NCBI GenBank assembly: GCA_947478395.1
Contig: CANJVR010000001.1
Span: 768,001-832,000, forward strand
DNA length: 64,000 bases
Source of the DNA: Opitutia bacterium
GTDB taxonomy: Bacteria > Verrucomicrobiota > Verrucomicrobiia > Opitutales > Opitutaceae
Direction of reading: 5' to 3'
In this document: positions 40,880 to 51,672 of the stretch, in pieces
Layout: each line of letters opens with the position of its first letter
How positions within the stretch are numbered: position 1 is the stretch's first letter
Program-made: the position numbers and the translations under genes
The notes under the pieces: generated by a model
Databases searched by the model: none
Seen by the model: the letters and a program-made list of their open reading frames with translations, nothing else
Told to the model about the DNA's origin: nothing

Positions 40880-41503
40880 CTACTTCGCTCCGCCCGCTGC
40901 ATTCTTCGCCACCCAGGTCTCGTACGCCTTCCGCGGCACGAAACGCAGCGACGCGCTGTTGATGCAGTAGCGTAATCCGGTCGGCTCCGGGCCGTCCACA
41001 AACACGTGCCCCAGATGCGCGCCGTCGACATTCGAGTGCACCTCGACGCGACGCATGCCGAAACTTGTGTCGACGGTCTCCCCCACAAAAGCTTGCTCAA
41101 TCGGCTTCGAGAAACTCGGCCAGCCGGTGCCCGACTCAAATTTATCCCGGCTATCGAACAGCGGCGTGTCGCTGCAGACGGAGAAGTAAACGCCGTCCGC
41201 GTGGTTGTTATAATACTCGTTCTGAAACGGCGGCTCGGTCCCTTGCTGGCGCGCCACGCGAAACTGGATCGGAGTGAGTCGCGCTTTCCACTCGGCGTCG
41301 CTGCGCTGGATCTTCGTTTTGCTCAGGTCGATCACGACATTCGACGGCAGCCCGCACGCGGAGATCTCGCCGGGCAGGCAAACCAACGCATCTTTAACGG
41401 CAGGAACCGCGGAAATTTCAGGAGTCTTGGTTTTCATTTCAGCAAAGGCGAAACCCGCGACGATCGCGGCGGCGCCGACAAAAATTAGCACCCGTGGGTT
41501 CAT
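40880..41503 (-). CDS. msrB: Peptide-methionine (R)-S-oxide reductase, exported
   Basis: GTEPPF, KFESGTGWPSF, HLGHVF.DGP, RYCINSASL; N-terminal signal. Confidence 0.95.
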   Translation of the reverse strand: MNPRVLIFVGAAAIVAGFAFAEMKTKTPEISAVPAVKDALVCLPGEISACGLPSNVVIDLSKTKIQRSDAEWKARLTPIQFRVARQQGTEPPFQNEYYNNHADGVYFSVCSDTPLFDSRDKFESGTGWPSFSKPIEQAFVGETVDTSFGMRRVEVHSNVDGAHLGHVFVDGPEPTGLRYCINSASLRFVPRKAYETWVAKNAAGGAK

Positions 41504-41532
41504 GGGGAAAGTGCAAGGCGGCCGAATCAGGT

Positions 41533-42822
41533 TTATTCCGACCTGACCGGCACCGTGCCGTCGGCAAACTCCGCGGTCAACTTCTGCCCGGAACTCACCG
41601 CCGCGCGCCGCAACACGGGCCGCCCCGCTTCATCACGTATGATCGCAAACCCGCGATTCAACACCGACGCCGGGCTCGCCGCTTGCAACCGTTTCCATAG
41701 CGCCAGCAACCGGTGCGACTCCAATTGTACCCGTCCTTCGGGCGACACCCGCGCCAAACCCGCGCGGGCTTCGTTCAACGCCTGCCGCCGCGACTGCGTT
41801 GTCCCACGCAGCGCCGCCGCCAGCCGGTTCGACAGATCGTCCAAGCGCAAGAATCCTTGTTCGATCTGCGCCGACGGCGAAAGTAGGCGCAACCGCGACC
41901 GCGCATGATCCAGGCGTTCCCGTGCTTCGGCGGCCGCCCGCTCGAGGGCCGTCGCCATAGCCGCGCCCGCCTGCTGCGCCCGTTCCGCGCATGCCACAAA
42001 GGTGCTCGAGATCAACTCCGCGGCCGCACTCGGCGTTTCCGCGCGCACGTCCGCCGCAAAATCGCAGAGCGTAAAATCGATCTCGTGGCCCACCGCCGAT
42101 ATCACCGGCACCCGGCACGCCGCTACCGCGCGCACCAGCACCTCCTCGTTGAACGCCCACAAATCCTCCGTGCTGCCACCGCCGCGACCGATTACGATGA
42201 GATCGAAAATTCCCAACTCCTGCGCCAGCCCAAGCATCGCCGCCATTTCCGCCGCCGCGCCGTCGCCCTGAACTTTCACCGGTAATACCACGACCCGCCC
42301 GCGCCAACCGCGCCGCACGAAAATGCGCACGAAATCCTGCACGGCCGCGCCCGTTGCCGACGTGACAAATCCCACCGTTGCCGGCATCGCAGGTAGCCGC
42401 CGCTTTTTTTCCGGCGCGAACAGTCCTTCCGCCGTCAGCCGCGCTTTCAGCGCCTCGAACTCGCGCTGCAATTTCCCCACGCCGTCCTCGACGATCGCGC
42501 GCACGATCAACTGATATTGTCCGCGCGCTTCGTAGACGCTCACCTCGCCGAGCACCACCACCTGCAGGCCGTCGCGTAACTTTACCGTTTGCCGCAGCGC
42601 ATCGCCGCGAAACAACACCGCGCTCACCTGGGCCGCGGCATCCTTCAGCGAAAAATAAACGTGGCCGCTGCCCTGCGCCCGCACGTTCGAAACTTCGCCC
42701 CGCACCCACGCCAGCCCGATGCTGCTTTCGAGCAGCGTTTTCACGCGACGCGTGAATTCACCCACCGACTCAACCTGGGTTTCGCCCTGCGCGCCGAAAA
42801 GCGTTTCCGAGTCGGGTCTCAT
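41533..42822 (-). CDS. xseA: Exodeoxyribonuclease VII large subunit
   Basis: WVRGEVSN, SGHVYFSLKD, RGGGS.EDLWAFNEE, GHEIDFT, ETPSAAAE. Confidence 0.96.
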   Translation of the reverse strand: MRPDSETLFGAQGETQVESVGEFTRRVKTLLESSIGLAWVRGEVSNVRAQGSGHVYFSLKDAAAQVSAVLFRGDALRQTVKLRDGLQVVVLGEVSVYEARGQYQLIVRAIVEDGVGKLQREFEALKARLTAEGLFAPEKKRRLPAMPATVGFVTSATGAAVQDFVRIFVRRGWRGRVVVLPVKVQGDGAAAEMAAMLGLAQELGIFDLIVIGRGGGSTEDLWAFNEEVLVRAVAACRVPVISAVGHEIDFTLCDFAADVRAETPSAAAELISSTFVACAERAQQAGAAMATALERAAAEARERLDHARSRLRLLSPSAQIEQGFLRLDDLSNRLAAALRGTTQSRRQALNEARAGLARVSPEGRVQLESHRLLALWKRLQAASPASVLNRGFAIIRDEAGRPVLRRAAVSSGQKLTAEFADGTVPVRSE

Positions 42823-43520
42823 GCCACGAGACGTTGCTTGGCGTAATATTTCCGCACGACCCGAGTCGCAACCGCGAGCGCCGCGATCAACAGACCGGCG
42901 AACAGCACTTTCATCCCCTTGCCGTTGCTCAAAGCCTCACCGAAGTACACGAACGCCGCGTTTTGCGGACACGCGATGATGATCGAAATCGCCATGTACC
43001 GGCCGAACGGCATCTCGGCGAGACCGAGCATATAATTTTGCACGCAGAAGGGCACGCCCGGCGTCAACCGGAGCAGCAGCATCAGATCCGTGACGTTGTC
43101 CGGATCAACCTCCGGTAGTTTGTAGCCGAAACGAATCAACAGTTTCTCCAACACCGGGCGCAGGCCGCGGCGCGCCAGTCCGTAGGCGAGCGCCATGTTC
43201 GCGATCAACGCGAGTTCCGAGAGCGCGATGACCGTGCCCATGCCGAGTTTTTCTCCAAACGCCGGACCGGCCGGTAAAGCGAACGTAAGCATCGGGACGC
43301 CCGCCGCCGGCAAAATGGCATTCGCGGTGAAAAACGCCCACGGACCGGCCGCGCGAATCGTCCCCATCCCCCGATCGACGATCTGCCGACCGCGCTGCAT
43401 CAGCTCGCGCGGATTCGCGTCGCGCAAGAGCACCGCCGCGATCACGAGCAACACCGCGAGCGCCGTGGCGAGTTGCAGCCAAGACACCTTGCGTTTCATC
43501 GGAACGACCTCGGAAGACAT
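42819..43520 (-). CDS. TVP38/TMEM64 (VTT/DedA) family membrane protein
   Basis: LLRLTPGVPFCVQNYMLG motif; TM helices. Confidence 0.85.
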   Translation of the reverse strand: MSSEVVPMKRKVSWLQLATALAVLLVIAAVLLRDANPRELMQRGRQIVDRGMGTIRAAGPWAFFTANAILPAAGVPMLTFALPAGPAFGEKLGMGTVIALSELALIANMALAYGLARRGLRPVLEKLLIRFGYKLPEVDPDNVTDLMLLLRLTPGVPFCVQNYMLGLAEMPFGRYMAISIIIACPQNAAFVYFGEALSNGKGMKVLFAGLLIAALAVATRVVRKYYAKQRLVA

Positions 43521-43621
43521 GCCCGGCAGCGTGCCCGCGGCCCGCGGCCCGGAGCAATTTTATTTGCGAGCCCTTCCGGGCCTGCGCATCACCATCCGCC
43601 GCCTATCCCGTCTTTCCGAAC

Positions 43622-44410
43622 ATGCCCGCGCTGCTGAATTTTCTCTCCAACGACTGGATGCCCTTCGCCATCCTGACCAAGCTCGCGTGGCTCGGGCAGC
43701 TCGCGCTCATGGTCCACGTGTTCAAAACCGGCCGGCCTTACTGGTGGTTCTGGGTGCTTTTCAGCGCGCCGCTGATCGGCGGCATCGTTTATTTTCTCGT
43801 CGAACTTCTGCCCGATCAACGCACCACCGGCGCCAGCGGCCTCTTCGCCCGCCTCAAGCCCCGGTCCTGGCGTATTCGCGCCGCCCGCGCCGCACTCGAG
43901 GAAACCCCCAGCGTGAAAACGCGGCTCGCCCTCGCCCACGAACTTCTCGAGGCCGGCGAACCCACCGCGGCTCACGCCGTGGCGGTCGAGGCATTGTCGG
44001 GCGTTTTTAAAGACGATCCCCACACGCTCGCGACGGTTGCTCGTTATGCGATCGAACTTACCCGCTGGGACGAAGCCCTCGCCCTGCTCGGCAAAATCGA
44101 CACCCGCGCCGATCGCATGCTCGCGCTGACGGTTACGCTGCTGAAGGGCCGGGCCTTGTTAGGCGCAGGACGCCATGTCGAAGCGGAGGCGGAATTGCGC
44201 CAAGCCGCCGATCGCTCCGTGAGCGAAGAACCACGGTACTTCATCGCGCTGACCTTGCGGGCCACAGCACGAGAATCCGAGGCGGTCGAACTCTTGCAGG
44301 AAATTCGCACCCGTTTTCGGAAAGCCGGTCCCGCTTGGCGTCGCACGGAAAAGCGCTGGTACCGCCTCGCGTCCGAAGCGCTCAAAAAGCCCGCCGCGAG
44401 TCCGAAGTAG
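43622..44410 (+). CDS. Membrane-anchored TPR-like hypothetical protein
   Basis: N-terminal TM hairpin (HVFKTGRPYWW..APLIGGIVYF) then helical repeats. Confidence 0.75.
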   Translation: MPALLNFLSNDWMPFAILTKLAWLGQLALMVHVFKTGRPYWWFWVLFSAPLIGGIVYFLVELLPDQRTTGASGLFARLKPRSWRIRAARAALEETPSVKTRLALAHELLEAGEPTAAHAVAVEALSGVFKDDPHTLATVARYAIELTRWDEALALLGKIDTRADRMLALTVTLLKGRALLGAGRHVEAEAELRQAADRSVSEEPRYFIALTLRATARESEAVELLQEIRTRFRKAGPAWRRTEKRWYRLASEALKKPAASPK

Positions 44411-44598
44411 CGCGAAGCCTTAAGTTCGGCGGCCGGAAGGCGTGAAGCGCACGGTCGCTCGAATAGATTGTCGCAACGGCCCGGCGCGATGGAGCGTCGC
44501 ACGATCACGAATGGCGGAGCCCACAGTATTTTGGTAAGTCGGCAGAAATTCCGCTTCCCACGCCTCGCCGGAGCCGTAGCGTGACCCGTACCGCGCGC

Positions 44599-45288
44599 AT
44601 GAAGCTCACCGTCGTCATTCCCTGCTACAACGAGGCCAAGACCATCCGCCTGATCGTCGATCGCGTTCGCGCGGCGCCCGTGGCGGACAAGGAAATCATC
44701 ATCGTCGACGACTGTTCGCGCGACGGCACCCGCGATCTGCTCCGCACCCAAATCGCCCCGCTCGTCTCAAAAATCCTCTACCACGAGGTGAACCAAGGCA
44801 AAGGCGCCGCCCTCCGCACCGGGTTCGCGGCCGCGACCGGCGACATCGTGATCATCCAGGATGCCGATCTCGAATACGATCCGAACGAATACCCGAAGCT
44901 CATCAAACCGATCGTCGAGGGTCAGGCCGATGTCGTCTTCGGTTCGCGCTTCATGGGCGCCGATGCCCACCGCGTCGTTTATTTCTGGCACATGGTCGGC
45001 AACAAGTTCCTGACGCTGCTCTCGAACATGTTCACCAACCTGAATCTCACGGACATGGAAACGTGCTACAAAGTTTTCCGCCGCGAGATCGTGCAGAAAA
45101 TCGTCATCGAGGAAAATCGCTTTGGCTTCGAGCCCGAGATCACGGCGAAAGTCGCCAAGCTGAATTGCGTGATCTATGAAGTCGGCATCGGCTACTATGG
45201 CCGTACCTACGCCGAGGGGAAAAAAATCGGCTGGCGCGACGGCTTTCGCGCGATCTGGGCGATCGTGAAATATAATCTGTTCAGTTGA
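44599..45288 (+). CDS. GT2 glycosyltransferase (polyprenol-phosphate/DPM1-like)
   Basis: [39 protein letters not shown]. Confidence 0.93.
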   Translation: MKLTVVIPCYNEAKTIRLIVDRVRAAPVADKEIIIVDDCSRDGTRDLLRTQIAPLVSKILYHEVNQGKGAALRTGFAAATGDIVIIQDADLEYDPNEYPKLIKPIVEGQADVVFGSRFMGADAHRVVYFWHMVGNKFLTLLSNMFTNLNLTDMETCYKVFRREIVQKIVIEENRFGFEPEITAKVAKLNCVIYEVGIGYYGRTYAEGKKIGWRDGFRAIWAIVKYNLFS

Positions 45289-45700
45289 CCCAGCCCGCGC
45301 GCCTCGCGCTCCGTCGCACGTCCGAGCCCGGATATTCCGCGCTTTCCGTCCCGATTTTTTGCCCCCGAGCAGACGGCGCCCAACATGCGGTCGTGCTCCG
45401 TAAGCTCTGCGGCCCGTGGCTTGGCTTGATTCAGGGGTAGATTTTTTAAACCAGGCCGCCGACACCTGATCCTGTCCTGGTCGCGCAGGCTCGGTGGTTG
45501 GATCATTCGGCGCCGGGCTAACCGCCGGATTTCAACCACGGTACGCTCACGAATCTCGCGGGCAAACTGCCGCATCGTCTCTTGTTCGCCGCAGATTTTA
45601 GATCGGTGCCCGATGCACTAATGCTCGCGCTGCCCGCGACGATTCGCATGTTCGCAATCGTTCGCGCCCACACCGTGATGTGTCCTTCCTCCAGCCCGAC

Positions 45701-46660
45701 ATGCCCGTCCCGCCGCTCGTCGCCATCGTGATCCCGGTTTTCAACGAGGAAGCGGTGCTGCCTGCGTTACTGACGCGGCTCACGGCCATCTTCGCCGCCC
45801 AGCCCGATTGCACGTGGCGCGCGCTCCTCGTCGATGACGGCAGCCGCGATCGTTCCGCCGACCTCGCGCGCGCGCAGACCGCCGGCGATGCCCGTTTCGA
45901 ACTCGTCGAACTCTCGCGCAACTTTGGTTTTCAAAGCGCCCTCGCTGCCGGGTTGGCCCGCGCGCATGCCATCGCAGCCGATGCGGTGGTCACCATGGAC
46001 TCCGATCTGCAGGACCCGCCGGAACTCATTCCCCAACTCGTCGCGGCCTGGCGAGGCGGGGCCGAAGTCGTCCGCGCCACCCGACGCTCGCGCGCCGAGC
46101 GCGGACTGCGGCGGGCGGGCTTCGATCTGTTTCACGCGGTCTTCGGCCAGCTCATCGATTATCCGATCGAGCCGAACACCGGCACCTTCGGTCTCATCGG
46201 ACGCCATGCGCTCGCCGCGTTTCAACAGATGCCCGAGCGCCATCGTTTTTTCCCCGGCCTGCGGGCGTGGGTGGGATTCCCGAGCACCGACGTGCTTTAC
46301 GACCGCCAGGAACGCGCGGCCGGCCAGCCGCAACAAAGTTTCGGGCGGCTCATGCGCTACGCGCTCGACGGACTTTTTAGCTTTTCCTACCTGCCGCTGC
46401 GCGTCCTGACCTACGCCGGATTTGTCATCAGCGGACTCGGCTTTGCGCTCGCGTTGTTTTTCGTCGTGCGCCGTTTGCTCGGCATCGAGATCGCGCAGGT
46501 TGGTTTCACGACCCTGATCACAGTCGTCACGTTTCTCGGCGGCGTGCAGTTGATCGGCATCGGCGTGCTCGGGGAATATCTCGGCCGCATCTACGACGAA
46601 GTGAAACAACGTCCCGTCTATCTGGTGAAGCCCGCGCACCCGGAGTCGCCGCCGCGCTGA
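45701..46660 (+). CDS. GT2 glycosyltransferase (GtrB/bactoprenol glucosyltransferase-like)
   Basis: IPVFNEE, LSRNFG, MDSDLQDPP, two C-terminal TMs, GEYLGRIYDEVKQRP. Confidence 0.92.
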   Translation: MPVPPLVAIVIPVFNEEAVLPALLTRLTAIFAAQPDCTWRALLVDDGSRDRSADLARAQTAGDARFELVELSRNFGFQSALAAGLARAHAIAADAVVTMDSDLQDPPELIPQLVAAWRGGAEVVRATRRSRAERGLRRAGFDLFHAVFGQLIDYPIEPNTGTFGLIGRHALAAFQQMPERHRFFPGLRAWVGFPSTDVLYDRQERAAGQPQQSFGRLMRYALDGLFSFSYLPLRVLTYAGFVISGLGFALALFFVVRRLLGIEIAQVGFTTLITVVTFLGGVQLIGIGVLGEYLGRIYDEVKQRPVYLVKPAHPESPPR

Positions 46661-46850
46661 CGGCCTCCGCCTGCGCCGTTTCCGGCTCGCCCCGCTCGCT
46701 CTCATCCCCGCCACCGCCGGGCGCGCCCAAGACCAGGATCACAGCGGCCGCATCCGATGCTCGTTGTTGGCCGGCGGCTTTCATCGATTAAACGAAGGAA
46801 TGATTTGCGAGCGGCGCAGGGAAAACTAACGCTCACTTTCACACCGCCCT

Positions 46851-47417
46851 ATGCCCTTGCGAATTGTGCACTACAACGAATCCGTCCTCCGAAAAAAGGG
46901 CGAAAAGGTAAGTAAATTCGACGTCAGCCTGCGCGCGCTCGCCAAGGAAATGATCGCGACGATGCACGAGGCCGCGGGTATCGGCCTGGCGGCGCAGCAG
47001 ATCGGACGTGCACTCCAGCTCTGCGTCGTCGACCTGAGTGAAGTGGAAGCGGAGTTCGCGTGGGAACTCGACGGGGTCCGACTGCCGCTCGAATTATTCA
47101 TGCCAATGACCATTGCCAATCCGGTCATCACGGTGGCTAAAGACGCGCCCGAGGATATTTTCGAGGAAGGCTGCCTGTCCTTTCCTAAAATTCGCGGCGA
47201 CGTGCAACGCCCCGAGGCGATTGCGGTGAAATACCAGGATGAGTTCGGCGCGACCCACACCTTGAAGTGCAACGGCCTCCTCGCTCGCTGCGTTCAGCAC
47301 GAGGCGGATCATCTCAACGGCGTGCTCTTCATCGACCACATGACCAAAAAGACGCTGGCCGAAATCGACGACGCGGTGAAGACCCTCGCCAAGGCGACGC
47401 GCGCGGCGAAAAAATAA
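46851..47417 (+). CDS. def: Peptide deformylase
   Basis: GIGLAAQQIG, EGCLS, QHEADHLNG. Confidence 0.96.
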   Translation: MPLRIVHYNESVLRKKGEKVSKFDVSLRALAKEMIATMHEAAGIGLAAQQIGRALQLCVVDLSEVEAEFAWELDGVRLPLELFMPMTIANPVITVAKDAPEDIFEEGCLSFPKIRGDVQRPEAIAVKYQDEFGATHTLKCNGLLARCVQHEADHLNGVLFIDHMTKKTLAEIDDAVKTLAKATRAAKK

Positions 47418-47443
47418 TCTCACGCTCACCTCTCGAAATTTTC

Positions 47444-48523
47444 ATGAGCCAAAAATCTGACGGCCAGAATTACGCCCCCCAGGGCAAACCCAGTCCCGTA
47501 GTGAAGCCCGGCGAATTCATTTTCGCCGCCGCCCATCTCGAGCACGGCCACATCTATGGCCAGTGCAACGGCCTGCTCGAAGCCGGCGGCGAGTTGAAAT
47601 GGGTCTACGATTCCGATGCGAAGAAAGTAGACGCTTTCCTCGCAAAATATCCCGGCGTGAAGGTCGCCCGCAGCTTCGATGAGATCCTCGCTGACCCCGC
47701 CGTGAAATTGGTCGCGGGCGCGGCCGTGCCGAACGAACGCGGCGGTCTGGGGTGTCGCGTCATGGAAGCAGGCAAAGACTATTTCACCGACAAAACGCCC
47801 TTCACCACGCTCGACCAACTCGATCGCGCGAAGGCCGTCGTGGCCCGCACCGGCCGCAAATATGCGGTCTATTACAGCGAGCGTCTCCACGTGGAGTCAG
47901 CGATGTTCGCCACGGATCTCGTGGCCGGTGGCGCCATCGGGCGCGTCATTCAGGTCCTTGGGCTCGGGCCGCATCGCCTGGGCAAGCCCGCACGGCCGGC
48001 CTGGTTTTTCGAAAAGGAAAAATATGGCGGCATCCTCTGCGATATCGGCAGCCACCAGTTTGAACAATTTCTGACTTACGCCGGCGCGACGGACGCCACC
48101 GTTACCCAGGCCGCGGTCGGCAATTTCGCCAATGCTGACACCCCCGAGTTCGAGGATTTCGGTGAAGCCTCGCTCCTCGGCAACAACGGCACCTCGAATT
48201 ACATTCGCGTCGACTGGTTCAACCCCGCCGGCCTGAGCACATGGGGCGATGGTCGCACTGTGATCCTCGGGACGAAAGGCTACATCGAGCTGCGTAAATA
48301 CGTGGACGTCGCCCGCGAAAAAACCGGCGACCACGTCTACATCGTCGACGAAAAGGGCGAGCAGCACCTCAATGTTACCGGCCAGGTCGGATTCCGGTTC
48401 TTTGGGCAGTTGATCCTCGATTGCCTCAACCGCACGGAGACCGCGATGACGCAGGCCCATGCTTTCAAGGCGGCGGAGCTGTGTTTGCGCGCGCAGATGG
48501 CCGCGCGGAAAATTACACCGTGA
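47444..48523 (+). CDS. Gfo/Idh/MocA family oxidoreductase
   Basis: HGHIYG, DYFTDK, GGILCDIGSHQ; ATG at 47444. Confidence 0.9.
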   Translation: MSQKSDGQNYAPQGKPSPVVKPGEFIFAAAHLEHGHIYGQCNGLLEAGGELKWVYDSDAKKVDAFLAKYPGVKVARSFDEILADPAVKLVAGAAVPNERGGLGCRVMEAGKDYFTDKTPFTTLDQLDRAKAVVARTGRKYAVYYSERLHVESAMFATDLVAGGAIGRVIQVLGLGPHRLGKPARPAWFFEKEKYGGILCDIGSHQFEQFLTYAGATDATVTQAAVGNFANADTPEFEDFGEASLLGNNGTSNYIRVDWFNPAGLSTWGDGRTVILGTKGYIELRKYVDVAREKTGDHVYIVDEKGEQHLNVTGQVGFRFFGQLILDCLNRTETAMTQAHAFKAAELCLRAQMAARKITP

Positions 48524-48605
48524 CGCCAAGCGCGGATTCGCGGCCTGTGCCACCCATCGTAAGTCAACGCGCTCGCCTACATAAAGTGAGTCGAAGTTTT
48601 GCATT

Positions 48606-49130
48606 ATGAGCATTGCCACTCGCACGGGTGACGACGGCACGACGGGCCTCCTTTACGGCCAGCGCGTGCCGAAAGATCATCCGCAGATAGAAGCCGTGGG
48701 CGCGTTTGACGAACTCAACGTCGCCCTCGGTGCCACGCGTCCGCTGCTCACAGAAGAATCCTCGCGAGCGCTGATTCACGCGGTCCAAAAAAACTTGATC
48801 GCGCTCATGGGGGAGGTGGCGTGCGCCGAGTCCGATTTACCCCGTTACGCCGGGTCGAAGTTCTCCCGGCTCACGAGCGATGACGTGCAACATCTCGACG
48901 CAGCGGTCGCGGCCCTCGAGGGCCGCGGCTTGAAGTTCGACGGCTGGGCCACACCCGGCGCGAACCCCTTGAGCGCGGCGTTCGATAACGCCCGCGTGGT
49001 CGCGCGACGCGCGGAACGGAGACTCTGCGCCCTGCCCGCGCACGGCCGGTCCGTGCGGACGGAATTGCGCCAGTTTACGAATCGTCTCGCCGATCTGTTG
49101 TGGCTCCTCGCGCGCGCCGCTGAGCAGTGA
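48606..49130 (+). CDS. Cob(I)alamin adenosyltransferase, PduO type
   Basis: TRTGDDGTT, GAFDELN, ARVVARRAER, NRLADLLW. Confidence 0.92.
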   Translation: MSIATRTGDDGTTGLLYGQRVPKDHPQIEAVGAFDELNVALGATRPLLTEESSRALIHAVQKNLIALMGEVACAESDLPRYAGSKFSRLTSDDVQHLDAAVAALEGRGLKFDGWATPGANPLSAAFDNARVVARRAERRLCALPAHGRSVRTELRQFTNRLADLLWLLARAAEQ

Positions 49131-49298
49131 TTTCTGGGTCGGGTGCGTAATCATTCACGCGCCGGTTCGACGCCGCCGGCGCGAAGCGCGGTCGGGGTTC
49201 AACGCGGGGGATTGAATCGTTTGCCCAACCCGCGATTCCCCGCTGGCCAACCGGAAAAAATTCTGTCCATCCCCTGTATTCTGCCCAATAACCGGCCC

Positions 49299-49877
49299 AT
49301 GCCCATCGCCCTCGTCGTTCTAATTTTAGCCGCCGCCTGGCGCATTCTGGCGTTGCACGTGCCGGAGCTGAGCAATTTTTCGCCGCTCATGGCCTTGGCC
49401 TTTTGCAGCGGTATTTATTTCCGTAATCGCTGGCTCTGGCTCGCTCCCTTCGCGGCCCTGATGTTGACCGATCTCTACATCGATTACTACTACGCGACGC
49501 AGTACCATTATCATTGGACCGCCGGCGGCTCGGTCGTGCGCACGCTGTGCTTTGCCTCCGCGGTGGGGTTGGGTCGGATCGTCTCGACGCGGCGCAGCTG
49601 GCTTAATTTTTTTAGCGGCGCGCTCGGAGGTTCGCTGCTGTTTTACCTCGCGACCAACACCGCGTCGTGGCTCGGCGACGCCGGTTACGCGCCCACGGCC
49701 GCAGGCTGGTGGCAGGCCCTCACCGTGGGGCACCCCCAATTCGCGCCTACTTTCTTTTTCTTCCGCAACACGCTCGCGAGTGACTTGATTTTCACCGCGG
49801 CGTTTGCGCTGGCGATGGAGTCCGCGGCGCAGCGACGGGGTGAATGCAGCCTGTTGGCCAGTCGGCCAACCGTCTGA
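49299..49877 (+). CDS. DUF6580-like membrane protein, putative ECF S-component
   Basis: NFSPLMALA, LLFYLATN..W, FFRNTLASDL; about 6 TM segments. Confidence 0.65.
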   Translation: MPIALVVLILAAAWRILALHVPELSNFSPLMALAFCSGIYFRNRWLWLAPFAALMLTDLYIDYYYATQYHYHWTAGGSVVRTLCFASAVGLGRIVSTRRSWLNFFSGALGGSLLFYLATNTASWLGDAGYAPTAAGWWQALTVGHPQFAPTFFFFRNTLASDLIFTAAFALAMESAAQRRGECSLLASRPTV

Positions 49878-50006
49878 GGTAGCGCGCAGTCGGTTCGACA
49901 AGCCCAGAGCCTTGAGCCTGACCGGAAAGGCGGCGCGGGCGTGCGATTAAGCCGTATGCTGAATGAGTAGCGCCGTCCGCAAAACAGACGGTTTCTAAAT
50001 ATAACC

Positions 50007-51548
50007 TCAGAGCAAATCCGCCGCGAGCTCAGCCAGACGCGAGCGTTCGCCCTTCGTCAACTTTACGTGCGCGGCGATGGACTGGCCCTTCATGCGATTG
50101 TGACAGTAAACGAGTCCGTTACTTCGCGCGTCGACGTACGGATTATCGATCTGCGCCGGGTCGCCGATCAGCACGATTTTTGATCCTTCGGAAATGCGGG
50201 TGATGACCGTTTTCACCTCGTGCGGCGTCAGCTGCTGCGCTTCATCCAAAATAAAGAAACGCCGCGCAATCGAGCGACCGCGGATAAAGGCCAGCGCCTC
50301 GATCTCGACCAGGCCGCTGCGCAGCAAACGCTCGTATGGTTTCATCGCCGGCGCACTCCCGTGGCCACCGCCGTGGCTCGAATGACTGGGCTGGGGCGCG
50401 CTCATTGGCGCGCTAAAATGATCGTCGCGCTTCTTGAATTTATTCTTGGATACTTTTTTCGCGGCGAACTGCGGTTCCTTTTGCGGCTTCGAGGGAATGA
50501 GCACCTCGAGGGCATCGTGGTAGGGTTGCAGCCACGGTTTCATTTTTTCCTCGAGCGAACCGGGGAGAAACCCGATGTCCTTGCCCAGCGCGATGACCGG
50601 CCGCGAAATCGAAACGCCGTCGTACTGCGAATGATCGTCGTGCGTTTGATGCAGCGCGCAGGCGGTGGACAGCAGCGTCTTACCGGTGCCGGCTTTGCCG
50701 TAGCACGTGAGCATATGAATGCTGTCGTCGAGCAGGCCATCCATGAAAAACTGCTGCTCGAGATTGCGAGGCCGGATCGGAATGCCGCCGGGCGCCTTGA
50801 CGAAATCGGGAATTTTCAGGCGGCGCACGAGCCCATCGCCGTAATAGCGGGCGGGCATCGTCTTCCCCTCGTCGGAGCGCAACAAAACATACTCGTTGAG
50901 ATAAAGCGGCTGGGCCGAACCGGCATCGAGATCGAACGCGCCCTCGGAGCAGAAACGCTGCAGCTCATAGACGTTGAGCGAAATCTCGCGGTAGCTCGCC
51001 TCCTCATCCGTCTCTGGGACTTTGTCGTTGAGGTAATCCTGCGATTCCAGTCCGACCGCGCGGGCCTTGAGCTGCACATTGACGTCCTTGGTGACGAGAA
51101 TGGTTGGTGGCGGAAAACGTTCTTGGACGAAAAGCGCGGCCGCGATGATGCGGTTATCCTTTTTTGAAAGGTCGGGCAGGATGGCCCGCAAGCGATCCAT
51201 GGCCGGCGAACGGCGCGAGGGATCGGCGAGATAGGGGTTGATGATGATCGAGAGCGTACCCCCGTTGGAAAGTTTCACGCCCTCGTGCATCGAGCGGGAA
51301 TCCGGCAGCAACTCCTGCAGGATGCGGTGCACGCGGCGGGCGTTGCGGCCGCGCTCGGTCGACTGCTCGCCCTTGATGCCGTCGAGTTCCTCCAGCACCT
51401 CCACCGGAATGGCGAGGTTGTTATCCTCGAATTTATAGATCGACTGGGGGTCGTGCAGGAGGACGTTCGTGTCGAGCACGAAGGTCTTAACTTTAGCTGC
51501 AACCCTGAGCCGCGGACTTGAGGCGGAAGCCCCGTGAAGGTTTTCCAT
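50007..51548 (-). CDS. PIN domain + PhoH ATPase (PhoH2 type)
   Basis: FVLDTNVLLHDP, GKAGTGKT, FLPGSLEEKM.PW, IRGRS, DEAQ. Confidence 0.93.
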   Translation of the reverse strand: MENLHGASASSPRLRVAAKVKTFVLDTNVLLHDPQSIYKFEDNNLAIPVEVLEELDGIKGEQSTERGRNARRVHRILQELLPDSRSMHEGVKLSNGGTLSIIINPYLADPSRRSPAMDRLRAILPDLSKKDNRIIAAALFVQERFPPPTILVTKDVNVQLKARAVGLESQDYLNDKVPETDEEASYREISLNVYELQRFCSEGAFDLDAGSAQPLYLNEYVLLRSDEGKTMPARYYGDGLVRRLKIPDFVKAPGGIPIRPRNLEQQFFMDGLLDDSIHMLTCYGKAGTGKTLLSTACALHQTHDDHSQYDGVSISRPVIALGKDIGFLPGSLEEKMKPWLQPYHDALEVLIPSKPQKEPQFAAKKVSKNKFKKRDDHFSAPMSAPQPSHSSHGGGHGSAPAMKPYERLLRSGLVEIEALAFIRGRSIARRFFILDEAQQLTPHEVKTVITRISEGSKIVLIGDPAQIDNPYVDARSNGLVYCHNRMKGQSIAAHVKLTKGERSRLAELAADLL

Positions 51549-51672
51549 TCGCGTTGGAATTTCTGCGCAGAAAGTGAAAAAAAGGCGGTGGATTGTCCAC
51601 GCTAGAGTTGGTCAGTCACCGCAAAGTCACAGAAAAATCGTAATCGGCCGATAGAAAATCGGCCGCGCCGGA

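Noticed and set aside
45289..45700. ncRNA or gene in the 400-bp gap between the GT2 genes
   Set aside because: No recognisable RNA motif; the ORFs look spurious
49131..49298. Cobalamin riboswitch
   Set aside because: B12-box and GGGAA core motifs absent
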